Source of the DNA: Marsupella aquatica
Lineage: Eukaryota; Plantae; Marchantiophyta
DNA: 64,000 nt
Assembly (NCBI GenBank): GCA_973895155.1
Contig: OZ316891.1
Location: 3,609,801 to 3,673,800, forward strand
Direction of reading: 5' to 3'
Within the stretch, counting starts at the first letter, position 1. Each line of letters starts with the position of its first letter. A program made the translations under genes and the position numbers. Positions 1 through 14,349 of the stretch are shown here, piece after piece. The notes beneath the pieces were generated by a model, which was not told the DNA's origin, made no database searches, and saw only the letters and a list, made by a program, of their open reading frames with translations.

Positions 1-1099
1 AATGACTGATACATTGAAAAATTGAACGGAATGTAAATCGATGTGGTCTATCTTGTCAACGGAGATGCAGTATCTGCTATCATTGGATGTGTCATGTTGT
101 GGTAGGGGTATCTGTGGGGAAGCATTCTCGATGTGGTGCAGTTCTATGAACACAAGTCAATCTTAACGAGACTGTAACAGGTTTGATGAATACTGATCAC
201 ACCTTGCTTCCATGCCTGCGGGCAGGTGGCTGTTGATATGTCGTGGGTTAAGGAAAGGAGCAAAGGGACGTCTACTTCTAGAAGAGGACAGAGGGGACTT
301 GGGAAAGCAATCCACCCATCTCTAGTTTTGACGAGATTTTCTAGAGATGTTCCCGGCGGTCTATCTTGTTTGTCTTGTCTTGGGTCACCGAGTGAGGACA
401 CTGACTTCCAGGAGGATGTTCGGTTATAGTGTGCCATGAGATGACTAGTTATAGTGAGTCAGGATGAGAATATCCAAGGCCCCGTGTAGTTTGAATAGCT
501 GACCACTTAAGATGACTCGCGGATTGTACCTGGGTGTACTTCTCAGTTTCGTATCTTTCGGCCTGTACTCACACGGCTTTTCATGAACCCATCCCCTGTG
601 TAATTTAGAAACCGTCTAGGTGATGCATACATTGTGGAATTCGAGCATCATGAGCTGGCGAACTGGAAAGTGAGATGTGGCATGCTACCCATTTATGGTT
701 TTTGGGTACCTGAGCGTATGGAGTGCAATTGGGACCCAAGCAATTTCGTTGTAGCTTTTACAGTGCGCGTTGGGTCCAGCAAGTTCTTTTTCAGAATAGT
801 CGTCAGTAGACAACTTTGTGACATGTTCACATCAATGCACATTGGTAAGGATTTAGGAACCTGAAATACAAACAATGTGAAAATGACCATATTGTCCATT
901 GCAGAAACAAAACATTGGAGTGGGTGGTTTTCACGCAGCACATCACATAAGTTCTCAAATACTTCTGCAATCTGTGTATTGAGGATTCACTTTTGTAACC
1001 AACAGCTGTGTATTAGACAAGAAAAAGAAGAGCAAATCTCAAACTGGAGGGCAAGTAGGGTTATCGGCAAAAGGTGTGCATGAGAAGCAACTCGATCTT

Positions 1100-2700
1100 T
1101 TATCGACTTTTAACTTAGGTTTGTTATCACTGTGTCTCCTTGGGACATTTGGCCAGCATCTTAGTCTTGAGCAATATTAGAGAGGGTTTCTGATTGTGCA
1201 AAGATTGCTGGAGATGCAGATTAGGCAGACACAAACGAATTATGAATTCCAAATCGAATTAGGTGTATCAGCTTTTGCTAAATGTCGACAAATGACCGCG
1301 TAGGAATTTGGACCAACTAAGCCTTTGTCTTTCTGTTGGGCACTCGTACTTTTTATTATTTAGAGGCAACGAGTATTCTCTTTGGCTATATGACCTTATT
1401 CTGATATCTGGGGAAGAGCATGCACACGCTCACTACATTTTGGCTCCTCTAAACAAACCGGTGCACTATTCGAGCTAGAGTACTAATTGCAAATCATATA
1501 CTTGCAATGGTACTATGCTCTCTATGAAGCAGACGCAAGCAAGATTGCAATTAAGGAAATCCAATATATTATTCTGTATTGCATATGGGAGAAGGATAAC
1601 TCCAACAAGAGGCACAAAGTCGCACAAAGTTTAATTGATGTGCAGGCACACGCCAGAGCACTCGCATTAAGAGTCTTTGCACGGGCAATCAAAGTGGATA
1701 ATAATCCACTTCATGAATGCATTCGATGCATGTTTCGGCGCTATTTTTGACAATACAAGGATTTAGCATTTGGCTACAGGATAGGAAGCTAACTACTAGA
1801 CTACTAGCCTGAGTACTCATCATGCCCACAGTTGCCCTTCCCCACCTGCGACTCACCCCAAAACTTCCAGCCACCCAGTTGGGTCAAGAGGGCCACCCAG
1901 TTGTGTCAAATGGCTTCACTATAGACCGTTCCATTGCAAATTATTAGTTAGATATCCCCCTCGTCTTCTCAATAACTAGTCTTGAATTCGGATATTTGGA
2001 AGACAGTTGTTATGAAATGGGCGACATCCTGCAAAAGGGAATTACAAAAATCTCTCAAATGTCGGATTGAACCAGAAATTGTCCGGACAGAGTGGTGTTC
2101 AAATTCACATCAACGATGGAATAACGATGACTCCCAGACTGCCAACAGGATTGAGTAAATTTAAAGCCTCGTTGAAAGATCCTAGAACAAAATCCTCCAC
2201 ACTCGACAGCAATGCAGTGCATTTACTCTGGTTGGACTGCAGCACCACTCGGATTGGCAGGATATGAAGCTACAGCAAACCCGCGCAAATACTTTCAAGT
2301 CGATGACTCTAGCTCGCACATGTTGCAATCTGAATCTGCAGCATACCGTGTACAAGAAATCAGAGAATTTCTCGGGTCTATCAACTCAGAGTAGAGAGTC
2401 ATCAGTCAGCAAAGGAGGAATTCACTACTATCGAGACACGCGCCAGGTACAGCAGAGCATAGCTAGCTGGCAAATTGTTGATCCATGCTGCGTCAACAAG
2501 GGTCATTGGATCATGATTCCTGCTGCTATCAAAAAATCACCAGAAACAGATTGCACGAGTGGAACATCTTCCAATTCGACCCACTTCATTTCAGTCTGTT
2601 GGAAACAAAAGCTGGCTTCAACAAAAGTCAATGAGCGTTCGAAGCCAACCTGCTTTGGCTAATCATGGACCACACCAATGCAACTAATACTTAGCCCCCT
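1100..2700 (+). mobile_element. Highly decayed L1/Tx1-type LINE ORF2 fragment (RT thumb and downstream region)
   Basis: Broken frames read F*YLGK (~1400), RARVLIANHIL (~1470), then WYY...KEIQYIILYCIW...KRHKVAQSLI, matching the L1/Tx1 pattern 'GRVLIAN..L..LWY...IQ..FLW...KV.W'; many stops and frameshifts; boundaries approximate. Confidence 0.5.
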
Positions 2701-2754
2701 AAGAGGCCATTGGATTGCAAGGCATAAGCTCCCACACTCTTTCTGTCAGAAATT

Positions 2755-5700
2755 AAATACCATAGCGGTAACTTGGTCTCCTGTTCTCAATTGCGGAAAG
2801 TTATTTTGTACTTGCTCCTAACTTTTCGCAGGTGGTCATTTAAATTATTCTCAAGCAAAAAGTTTCTCAGTCTATTTTCCCAGTAGCCAAACTACATATT
2901 TGTGGCCAATTCAACGGATGACACTGTTTTTCAGAGCATTTTGCCTCATATAAAGTGTTTTCAGGCTGTTGTGTCTGGAATTTAATTCCCTCTTCATTTC
3001 CTGAAACTTCCCCCATATTTTCCCAGTGCACCTTTTTTGGGATGTCTTATTTTTCGGTTGTATTTGTAATCTACCAAAGAAATACAATTAAAAAGGAGAG
3101 CCAGAGGATGTGTTGGACTCACTCTTGGGCAATGTTCTGGCTCTGGTGGTCCTTTAGCTTATGTGGCTTTATTGTTGGGCCCTTTGGCGCCTCTTGAGTG
3201 CTTTGGTTGGACTTGGGTTCCAGTACCACCATTCTTAGCCCTTTCTCCCTCCTAAGTGTCAGTTTCAATATAATTGCTTTCCAATTTATTACAAAGCAGT
3301 GCCCATGTCAATGACATTCCTTTCCCCTCTATAATATACTGGAGAGAAAGCACAATGGTCAACAACACTTTAAAAATGAGTTCGCATCAAACATCCTAAA
3401 ATCAACAACATTCTGTACGTGACAAACATGTTGCCTCATTATATAGTCACACTCCATACCAAGGTGCAATTTTAGAGGCAACCACGTTGGGCATGACATA
3501 AGCCTTGGAGGGTTTGATGATAAACCAGAAGTCCAACAAACCCAAAAACAATGCAATGACATCGAGCTGACTACCTGCAAACCAACATGCCACAAGATGA
3601 CATTTGGACTCTATTCCCGCGTACCAAGGAGACAACTAAAAGCCTAACATGATGCCATAAGAGAATCATGAAGGTATGGTATGATATGATCTGGGTACCA
3701 GTAGTCAATGGTACAAACGAAAGTGGAAGAACGAAAGTAGTACCATGTAGGTCAACAAATCCCAATAACTGATAGCCAACTCTAACACCAGAACCTCAAG
3801 AAAGTATAACCACCTTCGTCAAAATTTAATACAGAAAATTGTTTCAACAACTTTCTGGGGTACTGGAGCTTGATGCAAAATAATCAGATGTATTTTCATT
3901 TTATTTGATACATCACCTCTCAACTCTTTTCCATGAACCTTCTCCCGCTTGCACGGCTGTTGTTATAGGGTGGGGTTCCCCTTCGTTCCAAAAAGAAAAC
4001 CTCTTTATTGTGACTTGTCTCTCTTTCCCATCTGGGCTGTGTAGCTCATTCACTACAAGACATCAAACAAAGCATGTTCCAGGATGAACATGCTATATCA
4101 TTCATTGGTCCAAAATACTCCACACTGTTAGCGTCCACTCATCTATGTTTATAATTTATTATCAAAGTATGCCACTCATGAGTTACTCCGTAAAGTGAAG
4201 CCATTGCCTGGTAACAGATTAAATTGAGACTTAGAGCATGTGTGCAAGTAAGGACAGCTATGGGGAGTTTGGGTACAAGAGCCTTTCCTATGCACAGATA
4301 TTCTGGCTAGTTGTGTTTAAAGCGCCACTGTCCCCAAAGCAATATCTAGTGGATCCAGGTTACTAAAATAAACCAAAAATGGGCTCATAACAGTAAAAAG
4401 TGCTCTATTTTTTCCTCCCCCAACCTGGTGGACAGTGGTGGTTTAAGCTCACTGGCAACAGAAGATACTCCCAAAGGCAATTTTGGAACCTTGAGTCCTT
4501 TTTCCATACCCTTAAGACATGGGTTGGGTGAAGGGAATGGTTTAAGTCTGGTTTGAGAGGCTCTATTTAGAGTCGATATAAAGGCAAATTGACATCGTCA
4601 CATCACATCACACCATTCCAATGCGCTTACAGTCAAGGGGATGCCAAGAGTCAGATCCTCAAGGATTATTTAAATAATGTCATCAAGATAGTCTTAATTA
4701 ACTGAGATTTGATGCATAGATTTGACCAGCAGCATACCCTTTAAATATAGGTCTAGGTCCAGGGTGACGACGGACGTTTTCATCGATCCTGGACCCACAA
4801 CCCATTCCAACAAGGGGCCCAAGATGGGCCCACAAAAAGGGTAGAGAAGATGTGTCCATTATTATGGCAATATCATCAAGCTTTCAAGAGAGACAGGCTG
4901 AAAGGAAAGTGGGGATGGTGTACTTTGTACCCTGTCCCCTGACCAATGATAAGATGGTAGTCCCCCACGGATTGCAAGAGACGTCAATCATGGGGGACCC
5001 CATTGACCATCAGGGCTGAACGTGATTTGGTGTGAGGCTGGTGAGCTCATCCTCAAGAATTTATTCATATATATATTCTCCCCCATTGATTAGGGCGGTT
5101 CGAACAACGATTTCCGAACTGTCCATCAATCATTTTTCCGTGTCTCATTTTCCTGCTGGGTCACTAGTTACCAGGGGGGTACTAGACCACGGATTCAGTT
5201 CAACCTTGCAATAGTTAGTAGCAGTTTAAATTTGTTCCTCTTTGTAATACGTGTAGTCAAGTGTAGAGAAGCAAATTTGTTCTTTTCAAGCAGGTGCTGG
5301 AGTCTAAATTGTTGGGTGTACAGAGGGGACTCAGGATACTTAGGGGTGGGTTAGTTCCTGTGTGAGCTCATCTCAAAGCATATGTTCTCCCCATTTATTC
5401 AAGCACTTTGAACAACTTCCTAATCCAAACTGCCTTTAATCGTTTTCCTGTGCCTCATTTTCCTTTTGGGTCAGTCTTACCATTGGGCTACCCGTAGACT
5501 GTTTTCAATTCAACCTTGCAATGATTATTAGCAGCTTAATATCTCTTCTTTGCCGCACAGTGTAGTCAAGCCTAATGAAGCAAATTTGTTTTGATCAAGC
5601 AGGTCCATCTGTGTTGCAATGTTTCATCAAGGTTTTCTTTTGAACATTGTGGTCTTTTAAACATGCATGCTCTATGCAGGAGTCTGTCTTTTTGACTTGG

Positions 5701-6797
5701 CCCACGAGTGAACAGTCTTGCAACTCATTCAAGTGGTGAAAGGCACAACAGGTGGGGATGCTCCTAGTGAGGAGCTTGTGCTCCAATGACAAGGTCAGTG
5801 CTATGCTTAATCACAATAAATTTCCAATTTGGGGTGTGGGGATAGATGTAACACTTGTGGGACAACCAATATAAGGAGTTACCAGCACTTGTCTAGCGTG
5901 AAGGATTAGGCAAAACCTAGAGTCAAAAAACATTGATGTCAAAGGTTTTTAACCAACGGATTAAATAGGCGCACGCAGCGCTTGAAGTGAAACCATATAG
6001 CAATACAGCGAGATCAGTAAGCTCAGCGTAATATACACAAATCAGAAAGCAAACATTGGCGGCCAAGAAAGTCTAAAAATAAAGCCACAGAGGCAAAAGA
6101 GCACATCTAGGTGAAGTGTAAATTACAGCAAAGTGTTTTTTACCTGATACTTTACGTCGTGATCAATGGTTTCTGAATACTTACGTGCAATGCTATCTAT
6201 TGAGACCCACTCATAATGATCTACTTGTAAAAATATTTTTTATTCAAACCAACTAGGCTACCACACAAAATCGGAAAAATCGAATCAAGCTCATGTGTCA
6301 AATTGTAAGCCATACAAAGATACCACTATCATTCAGTCATCGGAAATTCGGAATCCAGTAACCTAGACTGATGTAGCTGGCAGGAATAGTAATACAATTG
6401 AACTATAATCTGCTAGACTGCATGCCTATGTGCTACATATATTCTCCTCCTTCTTCTTTTAACATAAAAGCAAGGGAAACTTTGACTACATGCCAGTATT
6501 ATATTGCAATTTCTAATCTAAATTGTGGCAAATAATAAATACTTGAAACTGGTGGGCTGGAAAAGTATGCGGGCCGTTTTTGAGATATGGGTAGGAAATT
6601 ATATTTCTAAATACGACAGCCTGAATCTTTCTATATCAGGGCATTTTAGCTAGGTCTCGGCAAAAGACCAGAAGAAGTAGACTGCAAAACTTTTTGGCCC
6701 TGGAAAACTAATAACACTCACATGTGAAACTCTGGAAACAAGTTTAAACAACTTTTTGTGATTGAGAATTGGGCTCCAAGTTACCGCTAGGGTATGA
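2755..6797. repeat. Diverged ~65-bp inverted repeat pair (2755-2820 / 6734-6797)
   Basis: ataccatagcggtaacttggtctcc...ttctcaatt is the approximate reverse complement of gattgagaattgggctccaagttaccgctagggtat. Confidence 0.55.
5041..5604. repeat. Diverged direct duplication of ~250 bp (5041-5296 and 5362-5604)
   Basis: Colinear shared blocks gtgagctcatc, ctcattttcct, ttcaaccttgcaat, gtgtagtcaag, gaagcaaatttgtt, tcaagcaggt. Confidence 0.8.
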
Positions 6798-7959
6798 CTT
6801 GCTCAGGCTACAACTACCTGCGACACCGTGCAACATCTCATGTATATGTGGAACCATAATAATAATAACTATACAATAAGTAGATAGTCATTTAACGTGC
6901 CGGACCAATGTAACGAGGGTGACCATAGTACCAACAAAAGACTACTTAAAGCAACTTTCCGAAATGGTTCATCCAGTTTATGGTGGTCACATAAGAATTA
7001 TTTTTCAAGCTGTATGATCATTTCAGGCTATTTCCCCTTTTCTCGAGTGGCTTCCAAATAATAATAAAAAATCACCACAGTTTGCCACTTTTCTGTTTTT
7101 TATGACATTGTCATCTATTTCACTGCCAGTTAACAAAATTAACTATTGCTAGCTTGAAACAATTTGACGATCAAGAGATGGTATTCTATGTCCTTAATCT
7201 TATTAGGGCTGTCTTGCATGTAAGGGTTTTCAAATTCTTCAGCCTTTAAGTGATCAGGTGACACCTAAGTTGGAATGAGCCAGTGAGAGTTTCTTGCCTG
7301 ACCCCCCTCCTGAGCCAGTCCTCAATGCTATACTTGTGGAGTTTCAAGGGCAAGGGTCCAATCCTTTGAAACCAGATAAATTAATCCATGGACCCCCCAT
7401 GTTCATCCAGGGAATGTGTGTGTGATGAAGTGAAATCAATTTTTAGCAAGGCGATAACCGACGGTTTTGAGTCTCCCGATGGTCTTGGTGTGTGCTCGTA
7501 CAAAAGAAATTGCTCAAAAGATAGAAGAGATTTATCAAACGAAAGTTGAATGTGGAGGAATTGAGTTTTTTGACGGTTTTTGCTTACACATTAGAGAAAT
7601 TGTGTTTCTACCATTCCCTGATTGATTGTTTGTGAGTTACATTGAGCATTATCGTCACAAGACAAACTGGAGGACAACACTCAGTTGTTGGCAAAAGAGT
7701 GTTTGTCGATTCGGTGGGAAGAACACACAAAACGAACAAGCCATCACTTTACATGAAGGATTTGTAGTTTTTTTATTTAAGAAAGCTATGGTGCGAGGAA
7801 GAGACTAACAATTTTTTCTTTGACATAGAGGTTGCATTTGGCATCAACCTGTGTTCAGAATGAGCTTCAGTTGAAGACTAGAGGAATGCGAACAATTCAA
7901 GCCAAGAAGCAAGCATTGTGGACAAGCGATGGCGACATAATCAAAAAAATTGATTTGCA

Positions 7960-8500
7960 ACGGCTAAGTTTGTCATGGTGACGAGATTGTGATATCTCTT
8001 AATCGAGAAAGAGTTTCCAATGAGCCTCAGATTGACAAATTTTGTCAAGTTCCAAATGAGCTTTTGAATTTCTTTGCCATTCCAATGAGTGAGAATAATT
8101 TTTTTCATCACGAGTCATGAATTCTTTTAGCTTTCCAACATTGAGTAGTCCGACATTGACAAATTTCATGTCGGATTTTGTCATGGTACTAAAGACATCA
8201 TGAGGTTTTCAATCTCTCTAGCTTTCTAATGTGTGACATTGAGATTATTCGTCAAGAATTAGAGAGATCATGACGATTTGAATTTCTCTAGTTTTCCAAT
8301 GAACCTAACATTGATAGATGATGAGTTTTTAATTTTACTCTAGCTTTCCAATGACTATGACATTAAGAGATTTTATGAAGACAATACTAAAGAGTTAACG
8401 AGTTTTTAAATCTTGATCTTGAGTTTTCCAATGAATCAGCATTGACAAATTTTATCAAGTACTAAGAAGATTTATTATTTAGTTTTACAATGTGAAGCCA
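7960..8500. repeat. Degenerate AT-rich tandem array (~60-70 bp unit)
   Basis: Recurrent gttt(t)ccaatga...cattgac(a)aattt(t/g)tcaag blocks at ~8010, 8080, 8130, 8220, 8290, 8340, 8420. Confidence 0.65.
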
Positions 8501-8664
8501 AAGTGTTTTTAACTATGTACATTTCTATCGATTCATTTTTTCAAACTTGCAAACAATTATTTTACTGAATGACAATTATTTTACAAACATTTTGATATAA
8601 AACACTGATATATCCTTGACAAACATCAAAATGGTAACTTTATTTTACTAAATGACATCTCTTC

Positions 8665-10790
8665 CTTTGTATTTTGGATTTTTTTACGTTTGATATTTAC
8701 GGCATGGCACCCCAAAAATTACATTGCTTTTGCCACAAACAGGAATGTGCACGTTTGTTATTGTTAAAAGTAGGATCATTCATGTTTGTGGCTGGTTGTG
8801 GTGATGTGGTGCAACCTCATCGCAGAGAATTTGCAAGAGACCCCTAATGGGGGTACGTAAATAGACAGCAGGGACAAGAAATGACAAAAACCCAGAGACA
8901 AAAATGGACTCTGCACCTCACTCGTAGCAATTTAGGGAGTGCAAATGGTCGAGTTTTTAAAGACCTCACACACTCAAGAGAGCCTTTAACTGCAACACCC
9001 TTCCACTCCTCAAAATTGGATTGGGTCTTACTTTGGTCCCTCCTGGTTGGCTGGCCCATACCCCCTTTCCCCTTGGTTGACAGAGACAGGAGGTTTTAAG
9101 TTGACCACAGTGAAGACTATCCCATGATGAAACTTAGATAGTGACAGTGTGCACATTGAAACTAACCAACGTTATTTAGCTTAACCAATGGTGAAAAAAA
9201 TGACAACATAATAGCTTAATGCCCTTTGTTATGTTTCTCTTTGTAATTTCAAGGCATTTTGGGAGCGTAATGCCCCCCTTAAGATGGATCACCTCTTTAG
9301 GAATACTCTGTCCACTTTTATTAAAGTTGGAAAAATTAAAAATCAGTCAAGCCTTTAAGTGTAATAAGGTCCCTTTTCCTGAGCATTACAGACAATAATA
9401 ACCCCTCAAAACTCAAGTTGAAACTCTCTTTTTGGGGGCTATTATATCCCAACATGCATTTTAAACAGTACGTTACTATGTAATGACCCCTCAAAACTTG
9501 AGCTGAAGCTTTTGTTATGGGGGGGCATTACAGTAGATCCCAATATGCACTGTAAACATTACTACTTTACCTTACACTAAACTGTAAACACAGGAGAGTG
9601 ACAAATTACTTCATTGACCCAGAAAAAGCGACTATGTAGAAAATACCAAACCAAACAAACCCACTCACGGTTCAAACAATACGCGGGTACCCGGCCAAGA
9701 ACCGGAGGGCAGGCACAGTGATACCGGGTGGCCGGGCCAGTCGGGCAGAGAACAGGTGGACTGTAACAAACGAGAATCAGTCTCCAGAGGAGTGCTTTTG
9801 GTTGTATGACCTGTCGAGTAAGACAAGCAGGAAATTCCGGAATTCCGGGCCAATGGGGAGAGCGGGCAGGCGGGAAGCAACTCTGACGAATGGGGGACGC
9901 CGAAAGACCAGATCTCTCGGGGATTCTGTGTGGGCCCTGCTCCAATTATAAAGGACCTCCAGCCACGTGATCTCCCGCAGTCGGCCAATGGCCGGCCTCC
10001 CATCACGTGGAGCGCAAACGCTCCGATTTGCATCGCCCCCGCCGACCCGTTCTGTACGATGTCAGACGTCCCTGTAGAGTTCATGGCTTTCGATGGCCGT
10101 CCGATTGGCCGATGGGGATGTCGTAGCGTAGCGGGATAGTCCTCTTTGGCTCTTTCGGATCGTCTTCCAGCATCTTTCTTTCCCCGCTTCCAGGTAACCT
10201 TTTCTTTCACTCGCCTTTTCTTTCACTCGTCTTCTGATTGGGATTCTTTTTACGGATCGCCATGAAAGGTCTCTTTGCAAATTCCCTGTCATGAGCCGAC
10301 CTTGTTCCGCATCAGCACAACCAGCCACAAACATGAAAAATCTTATTCATATTTGTGGCAAAAGCAAACTAATTTTGGGTCGCCGTCCCTGTAATAACAA
10401 AAGGTAAAAAACCAAGGTAGAACCATCAAACTATAACCACTTTATTTACTTTTCATATTTGATCAAACATAAATATAAAAACAACCATCTCTATGAAAAT
10501 AGTAATTAGGTACCTCCATGAGAGATCCCTTGCAAATTTATTGCCATGAGGTTGCACCACATGAGCACAAACAGTCACAAACATTAAACAAATATTTTTG
10601 ATAGTAACAAAAGTGCACATTCATGTTTGTGGCAAAAGCAACGTAATTTCTGGGTTGCCATTGCAGTAATAATGAAAAATAACAAATACAAAATACAACA
10701 CCAAAGCAAGTAAAACCCAGGTAAAACCATCAAATATAACCATTTTATTTACTTTTTTTATTTTAACAAACATAAACTTATACTAATTAA
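8665..10790. repeat. Repeat family: one copy at ~8665-8845 inverted relative to two tandem copies at ~10262-10500 and ~10518-10790
   Basis: catgtttgtggctggttgtggtgatg (8781) is the reverse complement of ~catcagcacaaccagccacaaacatg (10310); ttgcttttgccacaaa (8724) vs tttgtggcaaaagcaa (10352, 10626); ttgcaagagacc vs ggtctctttgcaa. Confidence 0.8.
9660..10260. promoter_or_regulatory. CpG-rich non-coding island, candidate promoter/enhancer
   Basis: Sharp GC/CpG rise in AT-rich flanks; CACGTG x2, GGCCAAT x2, TGACG, TGGGCCC, TATAAA at ~9947, GGAAATTCCGGAATTCCGG; no credible protein. Confidence 0.45.
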
Positions 10791-11299
10791 CGTAATTAAA
10801 CTAATAACCATCACTATTTACCATTGGGAGGTTCAGATGATTTCGTGTTGTTTTGTTTATGTATTTGTGTTGACGTTGCTTGGCTCTAGTCCCTTTCCTT
10901 CGCATTTCTTAACCAAATTGAATAGAGCTGGATAGGTTCCCCCCACTCCCAACCTCCCATGGTGAACCTTGTTGGAGATAATTCTGGTAGGTGCTTACCA
11001 TGGATATGGTAGTAAGCAGTCTCCTTCGGACCCAGTTTCAAAGCCATCTTCTAATTATTTATGGTACTAACGGATGCTTAAGCCATTAATATCTCTCGTA
11101 CTACTAAGTGGTGGGCACCAAGCAAATAAAGAACGAAATAAGCAAGCAGAAATTTTATTAATTTTTGCATTATAAACATTAGTAAGAAACCATAATTATT
11201 GAATCATGAAGTCCATCAGGTGACCTGTAATCAACATGGAGGAGTTGGATGGATGGAGCCAATTGCCCGAGACCAAGTCGTGAATAGCATCCATGACCT

Positions 11300-13000
11300 A
11301 TCTGGTACAATTGTAGTTAAATTGACAGCATCAATATTCATTTTTACAATGGGCTTTCTTGTGGTTTAGGTCGAGACCAAATTGATAATGGTTGAGGACA
11401 AGAGTCGAGTATGAGAAAAGAGCACATTGGAGTACGTGAGATTTACTCCTCTTCTAAGACTCCCATTGTTGCAAGAAGGTTTAGTAGCTAAGATTTTGAT
11501 CTTGATTGAGGTCACTAGTGTTTCATTGCACGTTTTCAAGTATGTCTTCCAAGGCTGTGAGTGACTTCTAGACTATGCAGTATACGAGTCAATATTTCTC
11601 TTAAAATTGTAGCATACATTTGCACCTGGTGGGGAACTTGTGTCCTAAGTCCTGACTGAAGGCTTTGCCAGTGTCTTGTTCATTTTGAAGCCACTGTAAC
11701 AGTCTTGACTAAAGGTTAGGACAAAGGCTTGCCGTATGTCTTATTCGTTTCAAAGTCACAGTAATGGATTTAACATAGTGAGTTCAATTAGGCATAGCAT
11801 AGGAAGGAATTAGATTGAAGGTGTTGCACGCTGTTCATTATCTATTTGCAGTTTGGTCAGCATTAGCCTCACGGTCCCGGGATTCGTACAATTGTGTATG
11901 TTGTATTATGGTTTAGACAATTGAGGTCAATGTTATGAGATAGTCATGAAAATGGAAGGAGAGGTTTGCCGTCTGATGTGAGATTCACAGGTTTCACTTT
12001 GTCAAACTTCTTCAGCACTGTCGAATCAAATGACGTTCATGGCTGGGAGTCAATCTATGATGAAATTATTTGAAGAGTGATTATGGCAGGGATTTAGTCT
12101 ATGGTTGATGCAATTTATAATTTTTGGCAGAGAAATTATAATTATAGACTCACAAAGCTCTTGGGCAAAGAGTGATAGATCTGGCCCCTAATCTGGAATT
12201 TCATTGAGAAACGGAATAAATTTTTCTTGATCCCTCCTCATCCCCTGTCATAGACATCCCACCAGCCTGGTACCTCCGGTGTATAATTATAGACTCACAA
12301 ATATCAATGAATTCAATGTGGAATTCAGTATCTTTTGACAGGAAGAAATTAGTTCACTCGCGGAATTGAGCAAGGCTCTAGAAGTGATCGAAGCAATCTA
12401 CTTGGGTAGGAAAAGGTTTTGATGGCTAGGAAGCACTCCACCTTCGTGGGCTTTCTGATGCAATTTGGGCTAGTTGCCCAGTAAAAGTACTTGGGTAGAC
12501 AGGTCGCCAACAATCACCATACTTCAAATAGTTTGCACAGGCAACTCTAATACTGACTTTGTATGTAGAATATTTTATATTGAGTTATGATAATTCAGAG
12601 AGCTTATAGATGAGTTGGTAATGTGGAAGTGAAGACTGACCACTTTGGAGTTACAATTCACTTGAGCAAAATGTACGACGAACATGTCATCTTTTAATCT
12701 TTCTCAGGCTCATATAGGAGTGACTTATAAAGACCTAGAGTGCAAGAAAGGTATAAATTCAGAAGGGAATATTTGTTGTCTTTTGTGCACTAATCCCTTT
12801 TGATGTATGTCTCTCCATTGTGCATGGTCTGGATAGGCCTTCACATGGCACACCTTCGCCACCCACAAGAATGTATTAGTTTTTTGAGTGGATCACAAAA
12901 GATTGTGACTGTGCTGAGTTCAGGATTGGGGGGAATGTTTTTTCTTGACAATATTTGGCTGGCAGAAGTTTATTTGAGCCTCTAGTTTTCTACACTGAGA
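11300..13000 (+). mobile_element. Possible very old L1 ORF2 remnant
   Basis: Scattered YLG and GLGG-like peptide traces in CpG-depleted sequence; no long frame. Confidence 0.25.
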
Positions 13001-14349
13001 TTCAAGGAGTTATAATATAATATAATAAATCCTTTGCCGTTACCTCGAGCATGTGATATTGCCCACGTGTAAACAGGACTTCAAGCCTTTACAGGACTTC
13101 AAGCCTTTGCCCATTGGAATATGTGGGGTGCCCTTCAGGCCTACAAAAAAGCCTACTTAATTAAAAGCAGTACGAGTTCTCCACCAAAGTGACCCCACAC
13201 GACCATGACTGTGCACTTTACACTAGTGATAGGAGGCCATGGCATTTATATTATTTTATTGGTGAAACGGCAGTAACCATCACCGTACACACGAAGGGAA
13301 CGGCATTCCCATGGAACCCACATTTGGCTGTAAAAGTTTCGAATAATATTACATGGGCCTGTTGCTTTTTAAGTACTTTTTTTTTCTTGTTTTGGAAAAA
13401 GGGCAGTCAAGCCAATCAATTCCAGGCACGGGTTGTCCAATGCTACAACGTATGGGGTGGGCATCAAGAGAAAAATGAAGCTGTATCTTAAATCCGCAGC
13501 ATAGAGACTGCACATTGCAGAAGGCCTTTGGGCACATACTCAGGGTGGGGGTCAATGCTGCAGATTTAGTCTCTCAATGTTTCTTCCCTTCTCTCTCTCT
13601 TCTCGGCTTCATCGGGCCCTGCTGCCTACATGAACCGTGTCCCCACAGGCCCCAACCACAATACCTTGTGACAGAGGGTGAAAAGGAGAATTAGGGCAAA
13701 GGTCCTGGGGCACGAGGAAGTCCCTTTTCTGAAGTAGAGGCTTTGTCCGGAGGAGCCAACCGCCATATGATGGCCGTCTCAACCACAAACAAAAGGGTGA
13801 CAAGGAATGCTCACTCCTGTGTCTTCGTTGCTTTCAAGTAATAACATAATATGAAGCTATGAGTGAGAACCAATTCCAGCTCCATGTAAGCATATTTTCA
13901 AACAATTATTTTATATGTGCTTGTAATTTGTAGAGGAATATATTTGTGATGGGCACCTCTACACAAACCATAGTCATGATGCTTGAGTTCAATTACTTAT
14001 CTGCCAACCAAGCCCCCAAGCCACCCTCTTTAATACGACATATGTTCTCCTCACTTGCATCAAACATTTGGGGTTTACTCCTGAGTTTTCCCAGGCTTTC
14101 CAATTTGAGGAACAGTAGGGTTTTTGAATTTTACAGCTGTGGTGACTCTCCTTGGGACTCAAGAATTTTTTCTGTTCCTTTCTCATCTTAGGGGTTTTCC
14201 CTTGTTTTCTACCCTTTCTTGAATGAATTCCACCAAATTTTATAAACCAGGATAAAAACAAAGTACAATGAAAGGAAAGAAAAGTGATCCAAAGAAAAAG
14301 AGGTCCAAAGAGGGTCTTGGGTCTCCTCTCTTAGGGATAGTGTGTCTCA

